Virus record (IMG/VR): IMGVR_UViG_3300000117_000003
Direction: 5' to 3' (one strand)
Origin: a virus
DNA: 41,176 bases
The notes under the pieces are model-generated. The model made no database searches, had not been told where the DNA came from, and saw only the letters and a program-made list of their open reading frames with translations. Positions 33,806 through 41,176 of the stretch are shown in pieces (the stretch's first letter is position 1; each line of letters begins with the position of its first letter). The position numbers were made by a program, and so were the translations under genes.

Positions 33806-36800
33806 ATGGCAAAAACAAGTTTTTATTCAAGCTCTGGAGCTACAAGCACCGAAACTGATGCTATTGAAGGTAGCGTAAATGCAGCAGCAGCCAGTCAAGC
33901 AGCAGCAGCTACATCAGAAACCAATGCTGCTGCAAGTGCTACATCAGCAGCTTCATCGGCTTCAAGTGCAAGCTCAAGTTCTAGTAGTGCGACTACTGCA
34001 AAAACAGCTTCGGAAACTGCTAAGACAGCTAGTGAAACAGCCAAGACTGCCAGTGAAGCCGCCAGAGATTTAGCACTTACTTATAGAGATGCAGCAGCAG
34101 CAAGTAGCTCAACTTCGACTACAAAAGCCAATGAAGCATCAACTTCAGCAACAGCAGCAGCCTCTAGTGCTACGGCAGCAGCTTCAAGTGCATCGGCAGC
34201 AAGTTCATCTCAGTCAGCAGCCGCGTCAAGCGCGACTTCGGCTGCCTCAAGTGCTGCTAGTCTAACTGATGAAGCCATACAAGATATTGTCGGTGCTATG
34301 ATGTCTGGTAATACTGAATCTGGTATTACTGTAGATTATCAAGATTCAGATGGAACAATTGATTTTACTATCGGAACATTGAATCAATCGACCAGTGGTA
34401 ATGCAGCTACAGCCACAGCACTACAAACTACCAGAACAATACATGGTGTCTCTTTCGATGGTACATCCAACATAGATTTATCTGAAGTTATCAGCGATAC
34501 AGTAGGAGCAATGTTTAGCTCGAATACAGAATCGGGAATAACAGTTACCTACCAAGACTCAGATAACACGATTGATCTAACAGTAGGAACTCTAAACCAA
34601 GATACTACAGGTCTAGCTGCAACAGCTACAGCACTAGCTACAGCAAGAACGATAGGTGGAACTTCATTTGATGGTACTTCAAATATAGATGTAGCTTTAG
34701 CTACTCTTGCTACCAATGTTGTCGTAACAGATAACGAAAGTGGTAACAACGATTGTGCGATAACATTTGTTAATGATCTTGATGGTGCTGCAAGTATTGG
34801 TCTTCAAAGTGATGGTAATTTATTTTATAACCCATCTACAGGTACACTAACTGTAGAAAACATATCGGTATCAGGTACTCAAACGATTGTCGATAGTGTC
34901 ACCATGAACGCAAGTAACCAAGTAGTATTTGAAGGTAGTTCGGCTGATGCTCATGAAACTTTCCTTACATCAATTAATGCAACAGCAGATAGAACCATAT
35001 CGTTACCTAACGTATCAGGTACTCTACCAGTATTAGCAGCAGTCTCAGACACTCAAATTACGTCTACTCCTGAAGAACTAAATATCTTAGATGGAGTAAC
35101 CTCAACAGCAGCAGAGATCAATTTATTAGATGGTTCATCGGCTAATACTGTAGTTAACTCAAAAGCAGTTATCTATGGATCTAGTGGTGAACTAGCAGGT
35201 GCTTTAAGTACAGCAGCCCAACCAAACATTACCAGTGTTGGAACTCTAACAGCATTGACTGGTGGTACTGGTGACTTCAATTGGGACTCAAATACATTAG
35301 TAGTAGATTCTTCAACAAATCGTGTTGGGATTGGAAACGCTGCACCAGATGTGAGTCTTGATTTGGGATCAAACACTGATGCTGTTCACATGCCTAGTGG
35401 TACAACAGCACAAAGACCAGCTTCACCAGCAGCAGGTTACTTTAGATACAATTCTGAGACTTCACAAATGGAATTGTATACGGATGAATGGGGAGCAGTA
35501 GCAGGAAGTGGCGGCAGTGGTTCAGCAGTAGAGACTCAAATATTCGTGGGAGATGGTAGTGATGTAACATTTACATTGACTACAGCACCAGCCAACGAAA
35601 ACGATTTGATTGTAATGATAGATGGTGTCTTCCAAGATCACAGTGTCTACTCATTGTCTGGTAACGTACTTACTTTTGCTACTGCACCAGCTAATACTCG
35701 TAAAATAACTGTTTATCACTTTGTGGGTGCTGTAGGTGGATCTAACCATTCTATAGCGACCATGACTGGAAATAACAGTACAGACACATTGAACCTACCG
35801 ACTGCTCCAGTACACGAAAACAATGTTCAAGTTTACTTTGATGGTATCTATCAATCTAAGTCTAACTTTAGTGTCTCAGGTACAACTATTACATTTTCTA
35901 CTGCACCTCCAACTGGTGTTTTAGTAGAAGCTATATTAGCCAAAGCAACTAACATATCTACAGCAACCCAATTGGTAGACGCAGACTCGGATACACTCAT
36001 TCAATGTGAAGAAGGGACTGATGACGACACTATACGTTTTGATGTAGCAGGTACAGAAGTATTAACCATAGCTGAAGGTGCTTCTAATACAGAGATTAAA
36101 TTTAAAGGTACAGCTCCAGCACTAATAATAGGAGATGCAGGTGCAGAAGATACTAAAATCGTTTTTGATGGTAACGCTCAAGACTATTATATTGGTCTTG
36201 ATGATTCTGCCGATGATCTGGTAATAGGTAAAGGTTCAGCAGTAGGAACTACACCCGCTATTAGTATTGATTCTAGTGAAGATGTAACTCTTGCTGGACA
36301 TTTAGTATTTGCAGATAGTAAAAATGCTAAGTTTGGTGCTGGCTCAGATTTACAAATCTACCACGATGGTTCTAATAGTTATATTGCTGATTCGGGGACA
36401 GGTGCTTTATTAATTGCTTCAAATGATTTTCAAATACTAAACGCTGCCGCTAGTGAGAATATGATTACCTGTGCTGAAAATGGAGCAGTAAATCTTTACT
36501 ATGATAATGCACTTAAATTAAATACTAGAAGTACAGGTATAGATATAAACGATCAAATACATTTCCCTCATTCAGTTATTGGTGATGATCTTTTTGATAC
36601 TGACTCACTAGGTTTAGCTTGTGACCATACCGAAAGTATGGGGTTTGGTATAGAAAATGCCGATGGTTCTTTTACTGAAAGAATGAGACTAAGTAATAGT
36701 GGTGATCTGTCTTTGTTAACAGATGGTGCAGAAATCCAACTGTACTACACCGAATCTCGTAAATTCATTACCAATAGTGGTGCTTCAGTTACGATTAAAC

Positions 36801-37483
36801 AGATAGATAATAATACAACAAATGCTTACATAGACTTTACATCTTGGACGGACTCAAGCCTGATGCGTTTGAAGAATCATGGTGGTTTACTGTTTGGTAC
36901 AACTACAAACCAATTATATGACTCTACTTCAGAAACAGGAATAGTTTTTCATGATGATAATTCCTATGGCTCTTGTGGCGCACACTTAGAAATGGCTAAT
37001 TCTGCTGACTCAGGATGGTCTTTACAGTATTTGCAAAGATTTAATTGGAACTCTGGTGATGATGGAAGGTTCTTACAGTTTGCTATTAATGGTGGTTCTG
37101 ATGTAGGTAACATTACTTATGATGGTACGAATTTTGCCGTTACTAATGGTTCTGACTATAGATTAAAAGAAAACATTGTTGATTACACAGGTGGTTTAGC
37201 GAAAATAAATGCCTTAAAAGTTAGGTCATTTAATAAAAAAGAAGGTGCATCAAAAGATATTACGCAACAAGGATTTATTGCTCACGAATTATCAGAGCAT
37301 ATTCCTAATGCAGTTATAGGTACAAAAGATGCAATGAAAGTAGATGAAACTGGAGAGACTGTACCCGATTATCAACAAGTTACTAGAGAAGCATTAGTGC
37401 CTTATTTAGTATCTGCAATCCAAGAACAACAAACAATCATTGATGACCTGAAATCAAGACTTAAAACATTAGAGGACGCATAG
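33806..37483 (+). CDS. Tail fibre (1225 aa) with C-terminal intramolecular chaperone (peptidase S74-type) domain
   Basis: Ala/Ser/Thr-rich N-terminal rod, then a duplicated module containing NAATATALQTTRTIHGVSFDGTSNI (phage fibre repeat type). Also LQIYHDGSNSYIAD. The C-terminal GSDYRLKENIVDY...GFIAHEL...LVSAIQEQQ...RLKTLEDA is typical of self-cleaving chaperone domains. Confidence 0.85.
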   Translation: MAKTSFYSSSGATSTETDAIEGSVNAAAASQAAAATSETNAAASATSAASSASSASSSSSSATTAKTASETAKTASETAKTASEAARDLALTYRDAAAASSSTSTTKANEASTSATAAASSATAAASSASAASSSQSAAASSATSAASSAASLTDEAIQDIVGAMMSGNTESGITVDYQDSDGTIDFTIGTLNQSTSGNAATATALQTTRTIHGVSFDGTSNIDLSEVISDTVGAMFSSNTESGITVTYQDSDNTIDLTVGTLNQDTTGLAATATALATARTIGGTSFDGTSNIDVALATLATNVVVTDNESGNNDCAITFVNDLDGAASIGLQSDGNLFYNPSTGTLTVENISVSGTQTIVDSVTMNASNQVVFEGSSADAHETFLTSINATADRTISLPNVSGTLPVLAAVSDTQITSTPEELNILDGVTSTAAEINLLDGSSANTVVNSKAVIYGSSGELAGALSTAAQPNITSVGTLTALTGGTGDFNWDSNTLVVDSSTNRVGIGNAAPDVSLDLGSNTDAVHMPSGTTAQRPASPAAGYFRYNSETSQMELYTDEWGAVAGSGGSGSAVETQIFVGDGSDVTFTLTTAPANENDLIVMIDGVFQDHSVYSLSGNVLTFATAPANTRKITVYHFVGAVGGSNHSIATMTGNNSTDTLNLPTAPVHENNVQVYFDGIYQSKSNFSVSGTTITFSTAPPTGVLVEAILAKATNISTATQLVDADSDTLIQCEEGTDDDTIRFDVAGTEVLTIAEGASNTEIKFKGTAPALIIGDAGAEDTKIVFDGNAQDYYIGLDDSADDLVIGKGSAVGTTPAISIDSSEDVTLAGHLVFADSKNAKFGAGSDLQIYHDGSNSYIADSGTGALLIASNDFQILNAAASENMITCAENGAVNLYYDNALKLNTRSTGIDINDQIHFPHSVIGDDLFDTDSLGLACDHTESMGFGIENADGSFTERMRLSNSGDLSLLTDGAEIQLYYTESRKFITNSGASVTIKQIDNNTTNAYIDFTSWTDSSLMRLKNHGGLLFGTTTNQLYDSTSETGIVFHDDNSYGSCGAHLEMANSADSGWSLQYLQRFNWNSGDDGRFLQFAINGGSDVGNITYDGTNFAVTNGSDYRLKENIVDYTGGLAKINALKVRSFNKKEGASKDITQQGFIAHELSEHIPNAVIGTKDAMKVDETGETVPDYQQVTREALVPYLVSAIQEQQTIIDDLKSRLKTLEDA
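33998..34060 (+). repeat. 3 x 21-nt in-frame tandem repeat (AKTASET x3) inside the fibre gene
   Basis: gcaaaaacagcttcggaaact / gctaagacagctagtgaaaca / gccaagactgccagtgaagcc. Confidence 0.8.
34271..34696 (+). repeat. Tandem duplication of a ~71-aa fibre module
   Basis: EAIQDIVGAMMSGNTESGITVDYQDSDGTIDFTIGTLNQSTSGNAATATALQTTRTIHGVSFDGTSNIDLS versus EVISDTVGAMFSSNTESGITVTYQDSDNTIDLTVGTLNQDTTGLAATATALATARTIGGTSFDGTSNIDVA. Coordinates are approximate. Confidence 0.8.
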
Positions 37484-37484
37484 A

Positions 37485-38420
37485 ATGGCAATAACAAAAG
37501 CATCTCTCATAGACCTTAATGGTCAAGAACTCATACTAGACGCAGATGCAGATACTTCGATAACTGCTGATACTGATGATCGTATTGATTTTAAAACTGG
37601 TGGTACTGATAGGGTACATATTACTTCGGCAGGGCATTTATCAACAGGTGCAACAAGCATAACTAATGGCGGTGGGTATAATAAAGTTATTCAAGTTAGT
37701 GGTACTGAGGGATGTTTCAGTGCTATATCAGGTAGTAATGAAGGCTTGTTTGCACAAAATGGTGTTAATACTCAAGTAATTAATAGAGCAAATGGTTACA
37801 TGGAGTTTCGCGCAAACAATACTGAATACTTTAGAATTGCAGCAGGTCAAATAGATGTAAAATCTGCTGACTTAACAATGGATGACAATCGCTCATTGTA
37901 TATAGGCGATGGTAATGATTTAAGACTTTATCACGATGGCTCAACCTCATATATAACAGATACAAGCTCAGCGGCTTTAGTAATAAATGGGGGTAATAGT
38001 GGCGGAGTAAAATTACAAGCAGGTAGTAACTCAAGTCATAATTCACTCAATGTTACAGATAAAAATGGAAATTCATTGTTTAGAGTGCAAGGTGATGGTG
38101 ATTATTACCATGCTGGCTCTGCAATTTCTGATAGAAATTTAAAAGAAAATATTGTGGATGTTTCTGATGGTTCTTTGGAATTAGTAAAACAATTAAAACC
38201 AAGAACTTTTAATTTTAAATCTTCAGAAGATTTTGATGGCTCAAGTAGAACTGGATTTATAGCACAAGAGGTGGCAGATGTTATGACTACCAAACATAGG
38301 GTAGCATCAGGAAAAGATGGTGAAAATTATATGGGAATTGACCCTGTAGGTTTGATAGCACATTTAACAAAAGCAATACAAGAACTTGAAGCAAGACTTA
38401 AAACACTAGAGGACTCATAA
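37485..38420 (+). CDS. Second tail fibre/spike (311 aa) with its own S74-type chaperone domain
   Basis: LRLYHDGSTSYITD (paralogous to the large fibre). The C-terminal ISDRNLKENIVDV...GFIAQEV...LTKAIQELEARLKTLEDS has the same ending as the large fibre. Confidence 0.8.
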   Translation: MAITKASLIDLNGQELILDADADTSITADTDDRIDFKTGGTDRVHITSAGHLSTGATSITNGGGYNKVIQVSGTEGCFSAISGSNEGLFAQNGVNTQVINRANGYMEFRANNTEYFRIAAGQIDVKSADLTMDDNRSLYIGDGNDLRLYHDGSTSYITDTSSAALVINGGNSGGVKLQAGSNSSHNSLNVTDKNGNSLFRVQGDGDYYHAGSAISDRNLKENIVDVSDGSLELVKQLKPRTFNFKSSEDFDGSSRTGFIAQEVADVMTTKHRVASGKDGENYMGIDPVGLIAHLTKAIQELEARLKTLEDS

Positions 38421-38422
38421 AT

Positions 38423-38914
38423 ATGGCACTTACAAGCAGTGGCGCAATAGCCATGTCAGAGATCGGAACAGAACTATCAAACGCAAGTAGAAGCCTAAGA
38501 ACCCTTAGTGCTGCTGCTGGTAAATCAACTCCAGATTCATTTAGTGAGTTTTATTCATTCAGTGCTGGCGGTAGTTTTTCATTAGGCAACATAAGTGGCT
38601 CTACCAGTCAGGCATTTAAGACTACAAGTACAACATCAACTGGAATCAATCAGACAATTACTCTTAGATTTAACTTAACTAAAAATGGTAATGATGCCAA
38701 TCAGTATATTGTGGTCTATAAAAATGGTAGTTCCCAAGTCCAGATTACTTCAGGTAATTCAGATTTAACTGGTGTTACATCGAGTGATACATTTTATGTT
38801 GCAGCTTACAATTCTCAAGGTGAGCAGTTTGTAGGAACTATAACAGTGACAGATCAAACTAATGGAAATCAGTTAGACCAAAGTAGTATTAACTTTTATC
38901 GCGAGGAAGAATAA
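38423..38914 (+). CDS. Hypothetical tail-associated protein
   Basis: 163-aa Ser/Thr-rich ORF directly after the fibre genes. The assignment is positional only. Confidence 0.5.
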   Translation: MALTSSGAIAMSEIGTELSNASRSLRTLSAAAGKSTPDSFSEFYSFSAGGSFSLGNISGSTSQAFKTTSTTSTGINQTITLRFNLTKNGNDANQYIVVYKNGSSQVQITSGNSDLTGVTSSDTFYVAAYNSQGEQFVGTITVTDQTNGNQLDQSSINFYREEE

Positions 38915-39102
38915 TGGAATCTACTGATAAAGATTTAATTGATATAGCAGCAGGAGCAACTGGTGTAGCCACATACGCTCAAATTTTACCCAATATGGCT
39001 GCTTTATTTACCATCGTTTGGCTGGGAATACGCATATTAGAAAGCGATACAGCACAATCAATCAAAGATAAGGTTTTAAAACTATGCAAATCCAAAGATT
39101 AA
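38914..39102 (+). CDS. Small holin candidate
   Basis: 62 aa with hydrophobic stretches (IAAGATGVATYAQIL, MAALFTIVWLGIRIL) and a charged C-terminus. It overlaps the endolysin start. Confidence 0.5.
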   Translation: MESTDKDLIDIAAGATGVATYAQILPNMAALFTIVWLGIRILESDTAQSIKDKVLKLCKSKD

Positions 39103-39500
39103 AAGATCAACTAAAGATACATGAAGGTGTAGTCTTAAAACTTTATAAATGTAGTCAAGGGTATTACACATGTGGTGTGGGTAGAAACATACAAGCTAAC
39201 GGTATTTCTATGGAAGAAGCTGAACTCATGTTGGCTAATGATATAGACGATTGCATCGTGGATCTAAAGAGAAACATTGGTTTTTTTAATGATCTACCTG
39301 AGACAATACAGGAAGTTATGGTCAATCTATGTTTTAACATTGGTATAAACAAATTGTTAAACTTTAAGAAGACTATAGGTTTACTAAGAGATGAAAAATA
39401 CCTAGAAGCTGGCGATGAAATTTTACGATCAAAATGGTCAAAACAAGTAGGACAGAGAAGTCATGATTTAGCAGACATGATCCGAAGCTGTGCATCCTAA
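39084..39500 (+). CDS. T4-type (GH24) lysozyme endolysin
   Basis: KIHEGVVLKLYKCSQGYYTCGVGRN aligns with T4 lysozyme [23 protein letters not shown]. The E-x8-(D/C)-x5-T triad is present as E-x8-C-x5-T. There is no N-terminal TM/SAR segment. Confidence 0.88.
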   Translation: MQIQRLKDQLKIHEGVVLKLYKCSQGYYTCGVGRNIQANGISMEEAELMLANDIDDCIVDLKRNIGFFNDLPETIQEVMVNLCFNIGINKLLNFKKTIGLLRDEKYLEAGDEILRSKWSKQVGQRSHDLADMIRSCAS

Positions 39501-39853
39501 TGTTAGACGATGTAATACGTCTAGTTAATGACGTAGGTTTCCCAATAGCCAGTGCTGGTGCTTTAGGTTTCTTTATATGGAAGTTGATTAACAGAATAAT
39601 CGACAACATGGAAAAGAAGATAGACCTACTCGATGAAAAACTACAGAGCATCATTAATACTTCTGAAGAACGATTAGCCAATAAACTAGATAGTCAACAT
39701 GGAATCATTGTCGCCTTAATAGATAGAGTGAGGGCATTGGATAACCAAACAATACGTCAAGATGTCTTACTAAAGACACTTCTTGGTGTTCCTAATTTAA
39801 TTGAAATAGATAAAATTGCTAAGGCGGATCGAGATGACCAACGAAAAGATTAA
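39500..39853 (+). CDS. Membrane-anchored coiled-coil protein (i-spanin-like or holin-like; function unresolved)
   Basis: N-terminal TM (VGFPIASAGALGFFIWKLI) followed by heptad-like helical sequence. ATGTTAG overlaps the lysozyme stop. No embedded or adjacent o-spanin lipoprotein ORF was found. Confidence 0.45.
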   Translation: MLDDVIRLVNDVGFPIASAGALGFFIWKLINRIIDNMEKKIDLLDEKLQSIINTSEERLANKLDSQHGIIVALIDRVRALDNQTIRQDVLLKTLLGVPNLIEIDKIAKADRDDQRKD

Positions 39854-40301
39854 GCTATTCTTCTTAGCAACTTTACCTGTATTAGTATTAATTACATTTG
39901 TAGAAATCAAAAGTGATGAATTATCTTATAGATTTAAGTCACCTTCTTTTTCAAGGATTAATACTTCAAGTCATTATTTGACTATAGAAAACCAAGAGTC
40001 TACTAGAAGACAATCAATAAAGGATCAACTAGAAGCCTATCAAGATGATATAGAAAGAGAAGCAGATAACTCTACGTTGAGTCGTTTTATTCGTAACTTA
40101 GAATCTCGTATCTATGCACAGCTATCGCGACAGATGGTAGAGCAATTATTCGGAGAGACACCACAAACAGAAGGTAAGCTTGAATTGGAAGGTAACACGA
40201 TTGAATACATGGTGAAAGATGAACTTATTACGCTTACGATTACAGATGAAACAGGCGGTACAACTACTATTACTGTCCCTATCGGTAGCTTTACTTTCTA
40301 G
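39834..40301 (+). CDS. csgF: CsgF homologue (curli assembly/transport component); ORF open from 39816
   Basis: Signal peptide MTNEKIKLFFLATLPVLVLITFVEIKS. YRFKSPSFSRINTSSHYL aligns with the E. coli CsgF N-terminal FQFRNPNFGGNPNNGAFL. The C-terminal IEYMVKDELITLTITDETGGTTTITV aligns with [29 protein letters not shown]. Both alignments are from memory of the E. coli protein. Confidence 0.75.
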   Translation: MTNEKIKLFFLATLPVLVLITFVEIKSDELSYRFKSPSFSRINTSSHYLTIENQESTRRQSIKDQLEAYQDDIEREADNSTLSRFIRNLESRIYAQLSRQMVEQLFGETPQTEGKLELEGNTIEYMVKDELITLTITDETGGTTTITVPIGSFTF

Positions 40302-41067
40302 TTGTACTCCAAGATATACAGCATTACTCGAAGAAGGTGGTATTCCTTATATAGTAATAAAAAAAGCTTCAATACTTGAGTTACAAAATGAAGAACTTTT
40401 AAAACTAAAGCCAGCCATAAGAAAACCTGTAATAGCTATATATCCTAATAGCTTTTTAGATCATACAGGACAAAGAAAGTCTAATGGTAACTTTGCTTTA
40501 TTTTCTACAGCAATTACTCAAGCACCAGAAGCTTTCTTAATAAGAGCTTTAAAACATGCAGCTAATGGTGAGTTTTTCCAAGTGGCAGAAAGAGTTGGTT
40601 TAGACTCATTGACTAAAGAAAGGCAATTAATAAGAAGCACACGCGAAACTTTTGACGAGGAGAGTGTCGTCAAACCTCTTTTATTGGCAGGGTTATTAAT
40701 GCAGGGTGCTGTACTAAGCATAGATACTAACGTAAAAACAGGTGGTATAGGAGCTAGGTACTTAGGTATCGGATCAAGTAAAGAATATAGAGAAGACATA
40801 ATTACTTTGTCTCTTAGGCTTGTATCTGTGTCTACTGGTGAGGTTCTAATAGAAGTTTTAGTTAGTAAGAGTGTTATATCAGTAGGTGTATCTCAAGATT
40901 TATTTAGGTTTATATCTAATGGTACAAAGTTAGTAGAAATAGAAGGTGGAGCAAGTGAAAACGAAAGTACATCTATAGCCTTACAACAAGCTATTGAAGA
41001 AGGAGTGTTGAATATAATTAATATTGGACTCAACAGAGGGTATTGGAAAAATGAAGAAACTAATTAG
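40246..41067 (+). CDS. csgG: CsgG homologue (outer-membrane curli secretion channel lipoprotein); ORF open from 40219
   Basis: Lipoprotein signal MKQAVQLLLLSLSVALLSSC. VIAIYPNSFLDHTGQ, FSTAITQAPEAFLIRALK, LTKERQLIRSTRE, TGGIGARYLGIGSSKEY and LRLVSVSTGEVL are collinear with E. coli CsgG (VSVYNIQDETGQ, FSTAVPQSATAMLVTALK, LLNERKIIRAAQE, SGGVGARYFGIGADTQY, LRVVNVSTGEIL). Confidence 0.9.
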   Translation: MKQAVQLLLLSLSVALLSSCTPRYTALLEEGGIPYIVIKKASILELQNEELLKLKPAIRKPVIAIYPNSFLDHTGQRKSNGNFALFSTAITQAPEAFLIRALKHAANGEFFQVAERVGLDSLTKERQLIRSTRETFDEESVVKPLLLAGLLMQGAVLSIDTNVKTGGIGARYLGIGSSKEYREDIITLSLRLVSVSTGEVLIEVLVSKSVISVGVSQDLFRFISNGTKLVEIEGGASENESTSIALQQAIEEGVLNIINIGLNRGYWKNEETN

Positions 41068-41176
41068 TATGCTAGATTGTACTTTATTTAGTGTAGCTGT
41101 AATAGCAGGTAGCGTTTATTTATTTAACGAAGTTAAAGCTGATGATAATGAGATCTATGTAGATCAAGTAGGTGCT
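41051..41176 (+). CDS. 5' part of the curlin-like repeat protein gene (signal peptide plus first repeat); continues at nt 2 after the circular junction
   Basis: ATG 41051 overlaps the csgG 3' end by 17 nt. MKKLISMLDCTLFSVAVIAGSVYLFNEVKA|DDNEIYVDQVGA gives a Sec-type signal with a VKA cleavage-like site. The frame is open to the window end and in frame with 2..670. Confidence 0.6.
   Translation, partial: MKKLISMLDCTLFSVAVIAGSVYLFNEVKADDNEIYVDQVGA
41128..41176. repeat. Terminal 49-bp exact duplication of nt 1-49 (circular closure overlap)
   Basis: cgaagttaaagctgatgataatgagatctatgtagatcaagtaggtgct is present at both window ends. Confidence 0.98.

Noticed and set aside
33879-34073. 64-aa Gln-rich ORF in an alternative frame of the fibre gene
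   Set aside because: It is an artefact of GCAGCA/GCTGCT low-complexity DNA encoding the Ala/Ser-rich rod of the fibre.
39500-39853. Embedded or overlapping o-spanin (Rz1-type lipoprotein) within or after the TM/coiled-coil gene
   Set aside because: All alternative-frame ATGs in this interval hit stops within 1-14 codons, and none has a lipobox. The only lipoprotein nearby is the CsgG homologue.
1-41176. CRISPR arrays, rRNA genes, transposase/IS elements, inteins or introns
   Set aside because: There are no regularly spaced direct repeats of CRISPR type. The only dense repeats are the irregular iterons at about 18.1-18.3 kb. No transposase-like ORFs or interrupted conserved genes were seen.

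Overview
This window is a complete, circularly closed phage genome. Nt 1-49 are repeated exactly at 41128-41176, so the unique length is 41,127 bp. It is AT-rich and tightly packed, and most genes have strong Shine-Dalgarno sites.

Layout:
(i) A tRNA-3'-half attP candidate (2421-2465) sits next to a tyrosine integrase and an XRE-type HTH regulator.
(ii) A rightward T7-like nucleic-acid module follows: single-subunit RNAP, gp2.5-like SSB, endonuclease I, gp4-like primase-helicase, family-A DNAP and a FEN-type exonuclease.
(iii) A leftward block of at least 11 small ORFs of unknown function lies at 14.7-17.7 kb.
(iv) A roughly 1-kb non-coding region (17713-18717) carries a 15-bp perfect inverted repeat pair and an iteron cluster.
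(v) A rightward virion module runs in non-T7 order: tail and internal proteins, TerS?/TerL, portal, scaffold, capsid, adaptor, and two tail fibres with self-cleaving chaperone domains.
(vi) Lysis genes follow: small holin, T4-type lysozyme, and a second 3-TM holin-like gene.
(vii) Embedded in the lysis region and wrapping the circular junction is a compact curli-like (type VIII secretion) module. It comprises a CsgF homologue, a CsgG homologue, a secreted protein with about 8 curlin-type repeats, and a FecR/LipL45-like protein ending in a curlin-like unit. This is the most striking feature.

I do not recognise curli machinery as normal phage cargo, so that module is my main candidate for the undescribed system. 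I could not identify a convincing phage-RNAP promoter consensus by eye. All family assignments rest on motifs read from the translations, not on searches.
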